A DNA stretch of 64,000 bases from the human T2T-CHM13v2.0 reference genome, Homo sapiens: the NCBI RefSeq assembly GCF_009914755.1, contig NC_060934.1; one strand, given 5' to 3'. A program made the position numbers and the translations under genes. The notes beneath the pieces were generated by a model. It saw nothing but the letters and a program-made list of their open reading frames with translations, did not search any database and had not been told where the DNA came from. Positions 30,755 to 44,262 of the stretch are shown piece after piece (positions within the stretch are counted from its first letter, which is position 1; every line of letters starts with the position of its first letter).

Positions 30755-31915
30755 GCTAAGGTCAATAATAGCTGTCCTCTGAAGGCCAGAAGCACTGGTA
30801 GGAGATGTTCTTACAGAGTTAGTCGCACTTATAGCAACAAAAATAAAATAGTCCTGAACTGTGGAGTCCACAGGATGGTATTTTTCTATCAAAACAAAGT
30901 AAGAACAATTATAATGAGCTGAGCAGAAGGGTCAGAATATCAGCCAAGGAGGATTGACCAAATGGGAGCTTCTTGAATGGTGATAACACAGCATCCTTAG
31001 GTAGATCTATCTGCCCCCAAAGAAATAAAAAATAGATAACCTGCAGGCTGAGAGAAATTATCCCAATGAAAAGTCAAAATCCCTTGCTAAGTTTTTGGAT
31101 CTGAGTGAGTTCTCAGACCTAGAACCAATTAACTGAAAGGAAGGCCTACTTCTCAATGAAAAGGCCCTATAATATTACAGTAAATGTATATGATAATAAT
31201 ACTCCTAATTCTTCCCCAAAGGCAAATACAACCATTCAACTGGGTACCATATCCTAGGAAACAGGGAATATCCAAACGTTTTAAAAACTTACTGGATACA
31301 TGGTCCTAACTGACATTAACATCTGGGGACCCAAAGAGTCATCATGCCTCACCCATTAGAGTAAGCATCCTATTAATAAATGGAGTTGTGGCTCAGGTCC
31401 AGCTCACAGAGAATCCACCCAGTCCAAGGATATACCAGGGGTCATATGCTCGGACCCAATTTATAATTAGAATTTACATACTTGCTAGTTGGCAGAACCC
31501 CTACACTAATGCCTTGGCCTATGGGGTAAGAGCTATCATCGTGGAGAAAGCTGAGTGAAAGCCTCGGAAATTGCCCTATTAGGGAAAATACCAGAGATCA
31601 GTGCCACCCCTACAGATCTAAATTATGAAGAGGTGGTGGTTTCTATCACATCACCATTGAATTTACCATTCTGATCACTGGAAAAATCAGCCAGAACCTA
31701 GAGGAGGACAGTGGACTCACACAAATGCAATCCAGTAGCAGCCCAATTGCAACTGCCATGTAAAATGTGATTTCCTTGCTAAAGCAAATTAACAATATTT
31801 TTAGGTGCATAGTATGTGCCCATTTATCTGGCAAATGCACTCTTTCTCAGCCCCATCAGGAAAAGAAGATAAGAAACACTTCACATTCACAATGGACAAG
31901 AGCACACACCCACAG
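30755..31915 (+). mobile_element. Decayed ERV-L (class III) internal fragment: gag C-terminus, protease and RT N-terminus
   Basis: Hand translation gives LAKFLDLSEFSDLEP (gag end), LLDTWS*LTLTSGDPK from 31289 (LLDTG protease motif mutated), WQNPYTNALAYGVRAIIVEKAE*KP from 31490, and EISATPTDL..VVVSITSPLNLPF* / IYLANALF (RT). All are collinear with ERV-L gag-pro-pol. Confidence 0.85.
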
Positions 31916-31968
31916 TCTCACTCTTCTTTATGTAGCTACTACTTAATTAGAAAACCTGTAAGATTCCC

Positions 31969-32366
31969 TATATTAGTCATTTCTCACATTGCTATAAAGA
32001 AATACCTGAGACTGGGTAATACATAAGAAAAGAGGTTGAATTGGCTCATAGTTTCCCAGGCTGTGCAGGAAGCATGGCAGCGTCTGCTTCTTGGGAGGCC
32101 TCAGGAAGGTTTACTCACGCCAGAAGGCAAAGCCGAAGCAGGCATCTACAGATGTCTGGAGCAGGAGCAAGAAAGAGAGGTGGGAGGTGCTAAACACTTT
32201 TAAACAACAAGTCTCGTGATAACTCACTCACTCAGTATCACAAGAACAGCACTGAGAGGGTGGTGCTAAACCATTCATGAAGGATCCATCCCCATGATCC
32301 AATCACCTCCCACCAGGCCCGACCTGGAAGATTGGAGATTACAATTTGACATGAGATTTGGGCAGG
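31969..32366 (-). mobile_element. MSTA-type MaLR solo LTR
   Basis: TATTAGTC..CATTGCTATAAAGAAATACCTGAGACTGGGTAAT..GGTGCTAAACCATTCATGA..CCATGATCCAATCACCTCCCACCAGGCCC. Confidence 0.9.
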
Positions 32367-32386
32367 TAGACCCCCTATATTTCTAA

Positions 32387-32755
<369 letters not shown>

Positions 32756-33599
32756 AAAACTGGATTCTAGTTTAAACTCACAGCAGGACGTAAATTTCTG
32801 CTTATCTTCCAGATTGGCAAACTCCTACTGACAGTACTCTTGTGTTTTGAATACATAAAAATAAAAGTGATCTACTACACTGGGAAAACAGAAAAGAACT
32901 TTTAAAACATTTAAAGATAGCTGTGGACTAAGAGTCAAAACATCTTTTTGTTTAATATGATGGATGTTTATTTTTCTTTTGTGTTTGTCTCTATACCTGA
33001 TACCCCTTTTAGACATTTTTCTAATCTGTCTTCTGTCTGCTGTAGATACAGGAAGCAGAAAGATCTTATCACCTGAAAATGCACTTTCTGTATTTCTTCT
33101 GAGAAAATGTATTAGAGTTTTCAGAAATAAACTGCAGAAATGTTGGGTATAATGACATGGAAAATGCCCATCTATCAAACCTCAACTGCTGATTTCTCAA
33201 AGAATTTTGAAACAATATAATAGGAATTTTCTCTTTCTGCCAAAGTCTATACCACTAAACATCTCAGAAGAGACTTTATGGGCAGTTTCTCTGTAGATGT
33301 ATTGTTTGCATGCAAGAACATCAGTCTCTTTAAATGTTGGTCAGAGAGAACACAGGTTGTGAATTAGGTGTGCCAGCTTGTCCAGAAACATGGCAAAGAT
33401 AAAGAATCAAATGTCAAATGTTCTCTTCTTTGAAAACCCACTTTGTAATATTATGTTTTATATCAGCATGTGAGCATTGAATTTTCATGTGCAAATAGTT
33501 AGAGTTTCAGTTCTCTCTCCCACTTTTAAATTACCTACAGAAAAATGTCATCTTTAAGTAAAATTGAAAGTAAAAAACTAGAAAAAGAAATTTAAAGAC

Positions 33600-34420
33600 A
33601 CAAGAAAAATGTTATATGAGCCTCAAAACATAAATAGTTCCTACATATCAATAAGAAAAATGGAGCACTATAACAGATGTATCAAATGTACATACAAATC
33701 GCAATTGAACAAATGCCAAGCCCATAAAGAAAATGTTGTACACATTTAAAAACTAAAATTTATTTGTATATTTTGTTATCAAAATTTATTTTTTAAAATT
33801 GTTTTAATGATAATATAGCATGTGAGTTCTCTAATACATTTCTGATAGCGCTATAAGTGGGTACAGTCTTTCTTGAAAATAATTTGTTGATATGTGTCAC
33901 TTGTCTTCGAAACATATATATTACTTGACCTAGAAATCTCTCTTCTAGGAATTTGAGGACATTGTCAGAGATACATTTGAAGTTTATTCCATTAAGATGG
34001 ATATTAAAACAATACTTATATGTTTAAGCACAAGTCCTAAATGTTGAAAAATTGATTATGTAAACAATGGTACATTCTTTCAATGGACTTCTAAGCAACT
34101 ATTAAAATTATTTATAAGAATATTTAAAGCACATAAGAAATTGTCCAATATATCATGTAGTGAAAATATCTACATAAAATTATGAAATCAGTATAAATTC
34201 CTGTTTTTGTTAAAAATCGAGTCAGCTAACTAGAAAATTCATATATTATTTAATGTCATTACCTATTATTATGTATTTTTATATATGCATATGGAAAGAA
34301 CCAGAAATAGGTATAAGAGAATGTATTTATTCTTGTCTGGCAGAAGTTTGGTGATTTTTATTTTTATCTGAGTTCACTTATTTGGTAGTTTACAAATATT
34401 ATGTGTGTAGTATCTATTAC
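33600..34420 (+). mobile_element. Very old L1ME-type fragments
   Basis: TATAAGTGGGTACAGTCTTTCTTGAAAATAATTTG..CTTGACCTAGAAATCTCTCTTCTAGGAATT..AATGGTACATTC. Confidence 0.6.
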
Positions 34421-34645
34421 CTGAATGATCATATGCTGGCAATAAACATTATTTTTAAATAGAAGTAATATTCCTTCCAGGACATATTTTCTACCCTAAG
34501 TTTCCCATTCCTTCTGACTTTCTTCAATGCGAAAGGCAAAGACAGCAACACCACAATTTTGTTTGGGATACCTAAAGGTGTCTGCCATAACCCATCTCCA
34601 AGTTTTTGAGGGTGATCTTGGCTTATCAACAGCAAGCCATCAGAC

Positions 34646-35199
34646 TGTTACAGGGCAGGGGTCCAGATCAAGACCCCAAGAGAGGGTTCTTGGATCTCAC
34701 ACAAGAAAGAATTCAGGGCAAGTCCACAGGGCAAAGTGAAAGCAAGTTTATTAAGAAAGCAAAGAAATAAAAGAATGGCCGTTCCATAGACAGAGCAGTC
34801 CTGAGGGCTGCTGGTTGCCCATTTTTATGGTTAATTCTTGATGATATGTGAAACAAGGGGTGGATTATTCATGCCTCCCCTGTTTAGACCATCTAGGGTA
34901 ACTTCCTGATGTTGCCATGGCATTTATAAACTGTCATGGTGTTGATGGGAGTGTAGCAGTGAGGACAACCAGAAGTCACTCTCATCGCCGTTTTGGTTTT
35001 GGCAGGTTTTGGCCAGCTCCTTTACTGCAACCTGTTTTATCAGCAAGGTCTTTATGACTTGTATTTTGTGCTGACCTCCTATCTCATGCTGTAATTTAGA
35101 ATGCCTTAACTGTCTGGGAATGCAGCCCAGTAGGTTTTAGCCTCATTTTACCCAGTTCCTATTTAAGATGGAGTTGCTCTGGTTCATATGGCTCTGACA
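34646..35199 (-). mobile_element. MER41A ERV1 solo LTR (554 bp)
   Basis: TGTTAC..GACCCCAAGAGAGGGTTCTTGGATCTC..AAGATGGAGTTGCTCTGGTTCA..TCTGACA. 4-bp TSD AGAC/AAAC with one mismatch. Confidence 0.9.
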
Positions 35200-36959
35200 A
35201 AACTATGGATCAATAGGGAAGTTTAGGGAAAAGAACTGTTCTGATGAGAGCTTAATGCCTTGTTCTATCTTTTAAAGCTTGAATAAATATGGCCCCACTC
35301 CTCCCAAAGCTCGCCAGCTAGCTTCTCTATCAGAATCCCTTGGTGTTCATCTTACTTAGAAAGAGACATGAGGAGTACCTCAAGGTGATACAGATGCTTG
35401 AGGTACAGGAAACCACATCGTGCTTTATTAGCTAAAGACAAAACTTCTTAGAGAAGCAGTGGGAAATTCAAATGGATTTGGATTCCAGTAAAGGTGCCTA
35501 CTCAGACTCATCTACGGAGATGGAGAAACATACAATAGCATAGCTGCTGTAACAGTTTGGACCTGAGTTATCAGGTGCCCTAGATATTTACAATGTCTTT
35601 GCTACCTTTGACACTGGTCTTGTCACAAAACATATAAAATATTGCTCCCACTTTTTCAGGCGGGAAGAAGGTATCCCCTCTCCATAGTGCACATTGATGA
35701 AATCAACACTTGGAAATATCAGAAGTACCAAGAACCAGCACCTCCAGGGACAGCATCACAATTGACACGCTAGTATTTATGTTCTGGAATATGACTCTAA
35801 TCAACTGCAATCCTCGAGGCTTCCAGATAAAATGCTGTTTCAAGATTTTAAGTATAATAGGACAGGGCTGGCCAAGTGTGAGAAGACAGAGTTAAAGGAG
35901 TGAGCAGGTGTCTGGTAGATAATACAAGTGTTTATGGCAAAACAGAGATTACACATAGCAGATAAAAAGGGAACTCACTCTAGAGAACCTAGACAACCTA
36001 GGGAGAAAGGCACAGGCTTGTCCTGGTAATCTAGACAGGAGATGCCAAAGCCTGGGGATCAGTACCTCAGAAAAGGAAGCACTGCCCAGTCAATACAGGA
36101 CACTCAGGGCAAACTAGGCCCATAATCTGAGGCATCTGAACCAGACCTTTGATGACTGTCTGCTGGGAGAATGGCTTGTTCTTAGAACCAGACAGGCAGT
36201 CAGACACCTATAAGAAAAACTGTCCAGACTGGGATAAGGCAGTAATGCTGGGCCCTCAGGAGGTCCTCACAGGAAGAACTTAGGTCAGATGTGCAGATGG
36301 CAAACATTATTATGGCTGGGTGGGAGTTTCTTGGAATCCAGGAGCAATCCAGGCATCACCACCAGTGCTCAGCCCTAAAGGGAAGCAATGAAAGAATATA
36401 GGGCCCGCTTTCAATGAGAGTGATAATGTGCTGTGGAAGCAGTTGTGATGACACCAAGCATGCCTAGAGGCAAATGGTCTAGACCTGGGGAAGGCCAATC
36501 TCCTGCTTTCAGTCAAAAAGAATAACAAACTGCATTATAAGGAACTGTTGCCCTTCTGTTCTGAGGTAGACAACCTTCACGTTTCTTTCTCTTATGGCTC
36601 TTATTTTTGCCTTGCAGCACAAATGGCATTTATGTATGAGAAAGAAGGGCTATCCTTCCCCTTGAGAATGAGTGAACATGAAATATCTCCAATCAAGGGG
36701 ATTTATAGCTAATGAATCCTGCACAAAACAAATAATTAGTTCCCATTGCTACTCACATGAGTAAGGAACAGTCCTCATTTTCTAGCTTAAGTGTACAGGA
36801 AACCTACTCATTTGAGAATGACAAGTCATTTTATTTCAGAATCATACTTTAATCTGCCAAAGCAAATGAAAGTTGAAATGAGGATAAAATGTAGCATGAC
36901 GTGGCCATCTCTGATCATTTGTGATTGTAACAAGCACTTGTATAGGATTGGGAGCACCA

Positions 36960-37160
36960 TGCTTTGAGAATGTGGAGACCCAGATTCTTTTTTCAGCTCT
37001 TTCAGGAACAAATTGTGTGAACTTATTACTTAATCCATCTGGGCTTCAGTTTCCTCATCTTAAAAATTGAAAGGGTCAAACGTTAACACCTTCAGTAAGC
37101 TGGTAGACTATAAAATATAAATTAACATATATGTGTATATTACTAAACACTTATACGTGT
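36960..37160 (+). mobile_element. MIR SINE fragment
   Basis: TTACTTAATCCATCTGGGCTTCAGTTTCCTCATCTTAAAAATTG core. Confidence 0.7.
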
Positions 37161-37564
37161 GTGGAGAATGATGTTGGTAACGTTAAGTAGCCTTTTCTTG
37201 TTGCTTTCCTGCATGTCATAGTAAGTGTTCAATGCAGGAGGAATATTGTTGCTATAAATTATTTCTGGTTTTCTGTAACGCATTTAATGAAGAGGGACAT
37301 CTTTGGTAGAATGACTCACATAATAAATATGGTACATTTCTTCCTGTTTAGTAACCAAGCAAGTACATTTCTGTCATGAGCATGATAGAATGTAAACATC
37401 AGCTGCATGCTGTCCACGCCTTTTTGGAAAAGTGTTATTCAGTGAGCCCTCCCCTGCTCAATCTCAATTTCAGTGCTGACCAGTTTTATGACTTTGGGAA
37501 ATCTCTCTAACATCTCCGTGCCTTTGTTTTTGCTCAAGTGAAATAACAACTTTGGGTTAGACTT

Positions 37565-37840
37565 GTATCGCATAAGAAACAGAGGAAGAACAAAAGCATT
37601 TTAAATGATTCTGTGAACAACAATGTTCAGAAAATGCTGCGCACCTGATCCCTTCTCAGAGCCTGGGCATCGCATTAACATTCTGGAGACTCTGAGATGT
37701 CCTGCACAACAAAATCCTATCTAACTTTAATTCACCCAGCTTGTCCCAGAAACAATTGTCCATGAATCCTTTGTTTCTGAGTAGAAGCAATTAATAATGG
37801 CACCTCAGAAGTAAGAATCACAAGACTTTGGGAAACCCCA
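37565..37840. mobile_element. Probable old hAT-type MER element
   Basis: ACTCTGAGATGTCCTGCAC..AACTTTAATTCACCCAGC..ACTTTGGGAAAC resembles hAT-Charlie MER elements; family uncertain. Confidence 0.4.
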
Positions 37841-38070
37841 AACATGGTGGTCTCCAAGATGTCATTATAGCTTAAATATTTTATGAAACCTTGGCAGACA
37901 GATTTTTACATGGATTAAAAATATAGTAAATAACTACAATGTAAGACTTCCTAATTTGTGACTAAGAATTTATACATTCTGATTCTGGCATTCTCCCCCA
38001 AACACTCTGACATCATCTCATCACAGGATAAAACTGAGGTGACATACCAAATAATCTAATTCTCCCCATA

Positions 38071-38101
38071 AACACACACACACAGACACACACACACACG
38101 C
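38071..38101. repeat. (CA)n microsatellite, interrupted
   Basis: Read directly. Confidence 0.9.
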
Positions 38102-38512
38102 AATAATCAGTAGAACCTACCCTGTTTACTTTATGATGATGTTATAAAATTTTATAATGAAACAGCATATGGAAAATACAGAAAAAAATTAATAGCTTCC
38201 AAATGTTAATGTCATATCTCAAAAAATGAAGGTTCAATGAGAAACTAACTGTAAAGGCTATAAAAGTATGGAAAGTCTGGATGAGGTGAATTTAGTTTGG
38301 CTCACTAATTTATGAAATATCAGAAATTTGAGGTCAACTTCAAATCTCAAGAGATAATTTTAGAACCAATGAAAATAAGCCAACAATGAATACCTTTATG
38401 GACCATCCAATGCAATAACTAAGGAAATACAAGTTAAAAGGGGGTTCAGAAGCATCCATGGACTAAGCGTTCTCTTACTTTTGAAAGCTGAAGCAAGAAA
38501 TATTAGAGCTGG

Positions 38513-40848
38513 TGTATTAGTCTCTTCTCATGCTGCTAATGGAGACATACCTGAGACTTGGCAGTTTATAAAGGAGAGAGGTTTAATGGATTCACAGTTC
38601 CACATGACTGAGGAAGCCTCGCAATCATGGTAGAAGGCAAAGGAAAAGCAAAGGCATGTCTTACATGGCGGCAGGCAAAAGAGCACGTGCAGGGGAACTA
38701 CCCTTTATAAAACTATCAGATCTCATGAGAATTATTCAGTATCATGAGAAGAGAATGAGGAAAAACCCACACCTATGATTCAATTACCTCCCACTGGGTC
38801 CCTCCCATGAAATGTGGGGGTTATGGGAGCTACAATTCAAGGTGACATTTGGGTAGGGAAACAGCAAAACTGTATCATTCTGCCTGGGCCCCTCCCAAAT
38901 ATCATGTCCTCTCATTTCAAAACACAATTATGCCTTCCCAGCAGTCCCCCAAAGTCTTAACTCATTCCAGCATTAACCCAAACGTCCACAGTCCAAAGTC
39001 TCATCTGAGACAAGGCAAGTCCTGTTCACCTATGAGCCCGTAAAATCAAAAGCAAGTTAGTTATTTCCTAGATACAATGGAGGTACAGGCATTGGGTAAA
39101 TATACCCATTCCAAATGGGAGAAACTGGCCAAAACAAAAGGGCTATAGGCACCATTCAAGTCTGAAATCCCATAGGACAATCATTAAAACTTAAAGTTAC
39201 AAATTGATCTCCTTTGACTCCATGTCTCACATCGAGGTCACACTGATGCAGGAGGTGGGCTCCCATGGCCTTGGGCAACTCCGCCCCTGTGGCTTTACAG
39301 GGTACAGCACCCCTCCTAGCTGCTTTCACAGGCTGGCATTGAGTGCCTGAGGCTTTTCCAGGTGTATGGTGCAAGTTGTCAGTGGATCCACCATTCTGGG
39401 GTCTGTAGGATGGTGGCCCTCTTCTCACAGCTCCACTAGGCAGTGCCACAGTGGGTACTCTGTGTGGGGACTCTGACCCCACATTTCCTTCTGCACTGCC
39501 CTAACAGAGGTTCTCCATGTGGGCCCTCGCCCTGCATCAAACATCTGCCTGGGCATCCAGACATTTCCAAACATCCTCTGAAATCTAGGCACAGGTTTCC
39601 AAACCTCAGTTCTTGACTTCTGCACACCTGCAGGCCCAATACCACATGGAAGCTGCCAAGGCTTGGGGCTTGTGCCCTCTGAAGCAATGGCCTGTGCTCT
39701 ATGTTGGCCCCTTTTAGCCATCACTGGGACACAGGGGACCAAGTCCCAAGACTGCAAAGAGCAGCAAGGCCCTGGGCCCAGCCCACGAAGCCATTTTTTC
39801 CTCCTAACACTCCAGGCCTGTGATGGGAGGGGCTGCTGTGAAGACATGCCCTGGAGACATTTTACCTATTGTCTTGGTGATTAACATTTGGCTCCTTGTC
39901 ACTTATGCAAATTTCTGAAGCTGGTTTGAATTTCTCCTGACAAAATGAATTTTTCTTTTCTATGGCATCACCAGGCTACAAATTTTCTGAATTTTTATGC
40001 TCTGCTTCTCTTTTAAACATAAGCTCCAATTCCAAACCATATCTTTGGGCATATGTAAAATGGAATGCTTTTAACAGCACCCAAGTCACCTCTTGAACAC
40101 TTTGCTGCTTAGAAATTCCTTTCACCAGATACCCTAAATTGTCTCTCTGAAGTTCAAAGTTCCACTGATCTCGAGGGCAGGGGCAAAATGCCTCCAGTCT
40201 CTTTTCTAAAACACAGCAAGAGTTACCCTTATTCCAGTTCCCAACAAGATCCTCATCTCTATCTGAGACCACTTCAACCTGGACTTCATTGTCCATATCA
40301 CTAACAGCATTTTGGTCAAAGTCATTCAACAGATCTCTAGGAAGTTCCAAACTTTCCTATATCTTCCTGTCCTCTTCTGAGCCCTCCAAACTATTCCAAC
40401 TTCTGCCTGTTTTCCAGATCCAAAGTCGCTTCCACATTTTTGGTTATCTTTACAGCAGCACCCCACTCTACTGGTACAAATTTACTGTATTAGTCTGTTC
40501 CTATGTTGCTAATAAAGACATACCTGAGACTGGGCGATTTATAAGGAAAGAGGTTTAATGGATTCACAGTTCCACATGGCTGGGGAGGCCTCACAGTCAT
40601 GGCAGAAGGCAAAGGAGAAGCGAAGGCATGTCTTACATGGTGAAAGGCGAGAGAGCATGTGTAGGGGGAGTGCCCTTTATAAAACCATCAGATCTCATGA
40701 GACTTATTCACTATCATGAGAACAGCATGAGAAAGACCCAACCTCATGATTCAGTTACCTCACACCAGGATCTTTCCATGACACATGGGGATTATAGGAA
40801 CTACAATTCAAGATGAGATTTGTGTGGTAACACAGCCAAACCATGTCA
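38513..40848 (-). mobile_element. Complete THE1C-type MaLR provirus (LTR-internal-LTR)
   Basis: LTRs at 38513-38877 and 40486-40848 around a ~1.6-kb internal region with MaLR ORF remnants (39976..40350 ELPRDLLNDFDQNAVSDMDNEVQVEVVSD). Perfect 5-bp TSD GCTGG at 38508-38512 and 40849-40853. Confidence 0.95.
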
Positions 40849-41464
40849 GCTGGTAAGGACACTTCCAAGTGATCTAGCTTTTCACATAATATCCATTACC
40901 CAGTCCAACACAAATGGTTGTCGGCAAAACAACTGAGCCCTCCTCCAATGCATCCCTTGGTTCTCCTGTGAGGGGACTGAAGCTGTTCTGGTCAAACTCA
41001 ATATGTTCTTATATATTTTAGGCATAAAACAGAGTCAGAAAGAGCTCTATGGACAAAAAGCATTATAATGACAAATGGATATTGCCCTGACATTGTGACA
41101 CCACCACACAGAGAGCTGTGACACTTACACTGACAAAGCATACACAATGTAGAAGAAAAATCACCCTTTGTGCAGAACTTTAGCAATTGTAAGAAGTGTT
41201 TGAAAGGACCCAGGCCTGAGTGGCAGCACTTGTCAAGTTAGTAGATTTTACAGTATCCTAGAAAGAAGATCCAGGACTCCAGTGAGTGAGTGGATTTATG
41301 TTCCATTATTGTTATTTTTTTCTCATATCTGTGATATTCTTTATCTTTTACCATATTCCTGGGAAGCAGGATTCTTCTGAACCATTGTTTCAAGCTGTCT
41401 TCCTTTCAGATTTCTCTTTTATCATAATATTTCCTAAATTTCCCTATGTCTTGTCTTCCCAACG

Positions 41465-41585
41465 CAACCATTAGCCCTTGGAGGACACAGACTATACCTT
41501 TTACTTCTCTTGTTTCTCTCACCGCTCCTAGAAGATCATGCACATGAAGCAGGAGCTCAGTAAACATTTATTGTGTGAAAAATAG
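41465..41585 (+). mobile_element. L2 3' end
   Basis: CTTGGAGGACACAGAC..GCAGGAGCTCAGTAAACATTTATTG. Confidence 0.55.
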
Positions 41586-41699
41586 ATTGATATATAGATT
41601 AACAGATCTATGTAAAATTAACAATTTTATTTTCAGATTAACCTTTTAAAGTTGTTTTATGATTTATTTCAGCCATCTAAACAGGATGATTAACACAAG

Positions 41700-42760
41700 G
41701 AGTAACTGAAACTGCTGCAAAGACACAAATTGAATACCTGTGAGCTCCTCCCAGTTCACATTCCCATCACTCCTTCTCAGAGATGACCAGTATATTGAAC
41801 ATGGTGTTTATCATTCATATGAATCTCTTTATACCTTTACTAGATATATACGGTCCCTAAGTATTTTCAAATGTTATTTTTGCATGCTGATAAATGACAG
41901 AGCAGGAGCACCGCCATCTTGGACAAGCACCATCATTTTAAAGTTCACCTTGATCAAAAACTGCCTAAATCCAAAAAGCATCAGCCATAAACCACAAATA
42001 ACATCTCTGACCAGAAACATTCCAAACCACTCCCCAACCAGAGACATGCCAGCCCCAAGATAACCCCTCTTCTGGCCGGAGAGATGTCAGTCCCAAGATA
42101 ACCTGCCCTCCAACCAGAGACATTCCAACCCTGCCATAAACTTCCCTACACAGAAACATTCCAAGCTTGTGATAAGCTCTCTCACCCTAAAAAAATCAAT
42201 AATATTCTTAGTCTGTAAGAGAGAGCACTGCTGACCGAAATCGGCCAGAAGCCCCTCTCAAGTTTATTCTCCAATATAAACCTGTCTTTGACTATTGAGC
42301 TGCTTTTTGTGTTTCTTTCCTCTTTAACTCTTACAGTAAACCTTATAAAATATTATATTATTCTGAAAATTGCATTTATAATCAAGTATATTATGAAGTT
42401 AGTTTAGGTTGATATACATCCTTGTAGTTCAATTGTTTTCATGGCTAAATTGTATTTTATTGTGTGAAAATAGCATAATTATTTATTCTTTACACATGGA
42501 TGGAAGTGGGTATTTTTTCCAAATTTTTACTATTACACACAATGCTATTACGGACATTCTTTCCATGTCTCTGTGTACATAGTGAGTGGATTTTTACAGG
42601 GTAAATCCCTTGGGGTGAAGTTGTACCATCATGGAGAATAAGCACTCTCAGTTATACTAGGGATCACTGTATAACTCTCCAAAAAGGCTATACCAATCTA
42701 TTCTCCCATAAATCCTCATTTTGTAAGATTCCAGTTTCACAATACCAATTTCTAGCCATT
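41700..42760 (-). mobile_element. Old L1ME fragment split by an LTR
   Basis: TTCAATTGTTTTCATGGCTAAATTGTATTTTATTGTGTG..TTTTTACTATTACACACAATGCTATT. Confidence 0.6.
41895..42335 (+). mobile_element. ERVL solo LTR, LTR47-like (name tentative)
   Basis: TGACAGAGCAGGAGCACCGCCATCTTGGACAAGC ... CTTTAACTCTTACA with TG..CA ends. 5-bp TSD ATAAA/GTAAA with one mismatch. Confidence 0.8.
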
Positions 42761-44169
42761 TGGGTACTGACTTCAAGAGAGGATACTCTCTGCTGCCAAG
42801 CTTGCCAAAGGACTCTCTCAAAGCTTCTAGGATGTGCTGGTGTCAGTTCAAAGGCTGGAACTCCAGCCACCATGGTATTCTAGTCCTCCACAGCAGCTTC
42901 CTGCGCACAAGCCCCAGTGTCACCTCAATGTTCCAGGTATAAGCTTTTCCTTCCAACCCTCAACTATTATATCTCTTTTATTTTAAACACAGATTTCCAT
43001 CAAAATTGAAAGTTGCCTTTAATGTCAAAAAAAGCGACGCATTTATCAAAAAGTGATCTGTGTGTTAGCAGGACTGATTGTGATCCTATTTGTATGCTCC
43101 TGGTCTTTTTGGGTCCTCAGTGCATTAACATTCTGTAACATTGTGTTGTGGGACTATAGCATCCCAGCACAACAACATGGGTGCTGAGTTTCAACATCAT
43201 TTTTAACTTACTGCCTCCTCCATGAAATTGATTAAATATGTAATGCCTCAGAATACAGTTATTACAGTAAATCAGACTGTGTAGTTGCAAGGTCACATTC
43301 AGTGGAAACCTGTGATAGATGATCAATTCTATCATAAAGACGTGCTCTCCAAGGCAGTCCATCCTGAACTGTTGTGCTATTACTATTTGTATTTCCTTTT
43401 CTTCTTACATGACTATTCACCGCCGATCTCCTTTGAAAACTGCAACCTGTAAATGAGATGATGTCTGTTAGGGAGGTTTTAAATCATTTTTCATCTAGTT
43501 TTTCACTATGTTTCTCCTTGGCCTTTTTTCTAAATAATGATTTGAAGTAACTAGAACTTCAATTGGTTTGATTTCCATGTTTTTATTGTAAAATATTCCA
43601 GAAGAATAAAATACATTTAGAAAAGTGAACTAATAAAAATGTATAGATGATTAGACGACCCCTGTAACTGGCACACAGATCAAGAAACAGAACAATGCCA
43701 GAACCACAGAGGCTGTTCTGGGTCCCCTTCTGGTCACCCCAGTCTCCCACCCCAGGGTGTCCACTGTTTGTGTGTTTGTTTTAAATTAGATGATGTAATA
43801 TACTATCTAAACTTCTTCTTAAATATGAGTTCAGTGCAGCCCAGCAAGCAAATGAATCACTCAACTCCACACAAGGAGCTATTGCAAGGACAAGGGCCAG
43901 AACTCAGGCTTCCTGATGCCTTGTCCACACCCTATTCCACCTATACCATGCTGCACTGATCTCAATTTCTCTCCCACTGAAAAGTGGCAAGAGATTCAGT
44001 GACTCATTGATTGACAACACATTCCTCTTCATTCAAAAAGTCAAGACCGTCCAGATTAATTGTTGTCACCCAGGGTGGATTCCCTTCTCCTTTGGCATCT
44101 CTGTTCTCCTAGTTGGAACTTGGTGTCTTACATACATGGAAAGGAGATCTTACTCTCCTGATCTCCATC

Positions 44170-44207
44170 TCCCTCTTTCTTCCTTTCTTCCTTTCTTTTC
44201 TTCTCTC

Positions 44208-44251
<44 letters not shown>

Positions 44252-44262
44252 TCACACACACA
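44170..44262. repeat. CT-rich / (TC)n + (CA)n microsatellite
   Basis: Read directly. Confidence 0.9.

Noticed and set aside
35375-35406. 10-bp inverted repeat GTACCTCAAG / CTTGAGGTAC with a 12-nt loop
   Set aside because: About one such stem is expected by chance in a window this size.
35870-36560. Possible ancient Gypsy-like or ERVL LTR
   Set aside because: Texture is suggestive, but I cannot define ends, TSD or family.
39156-40350. Several 70-140-aa ORFs
   Set aside because: Broken remnants of the THE1 internal ORF, not a host gene.
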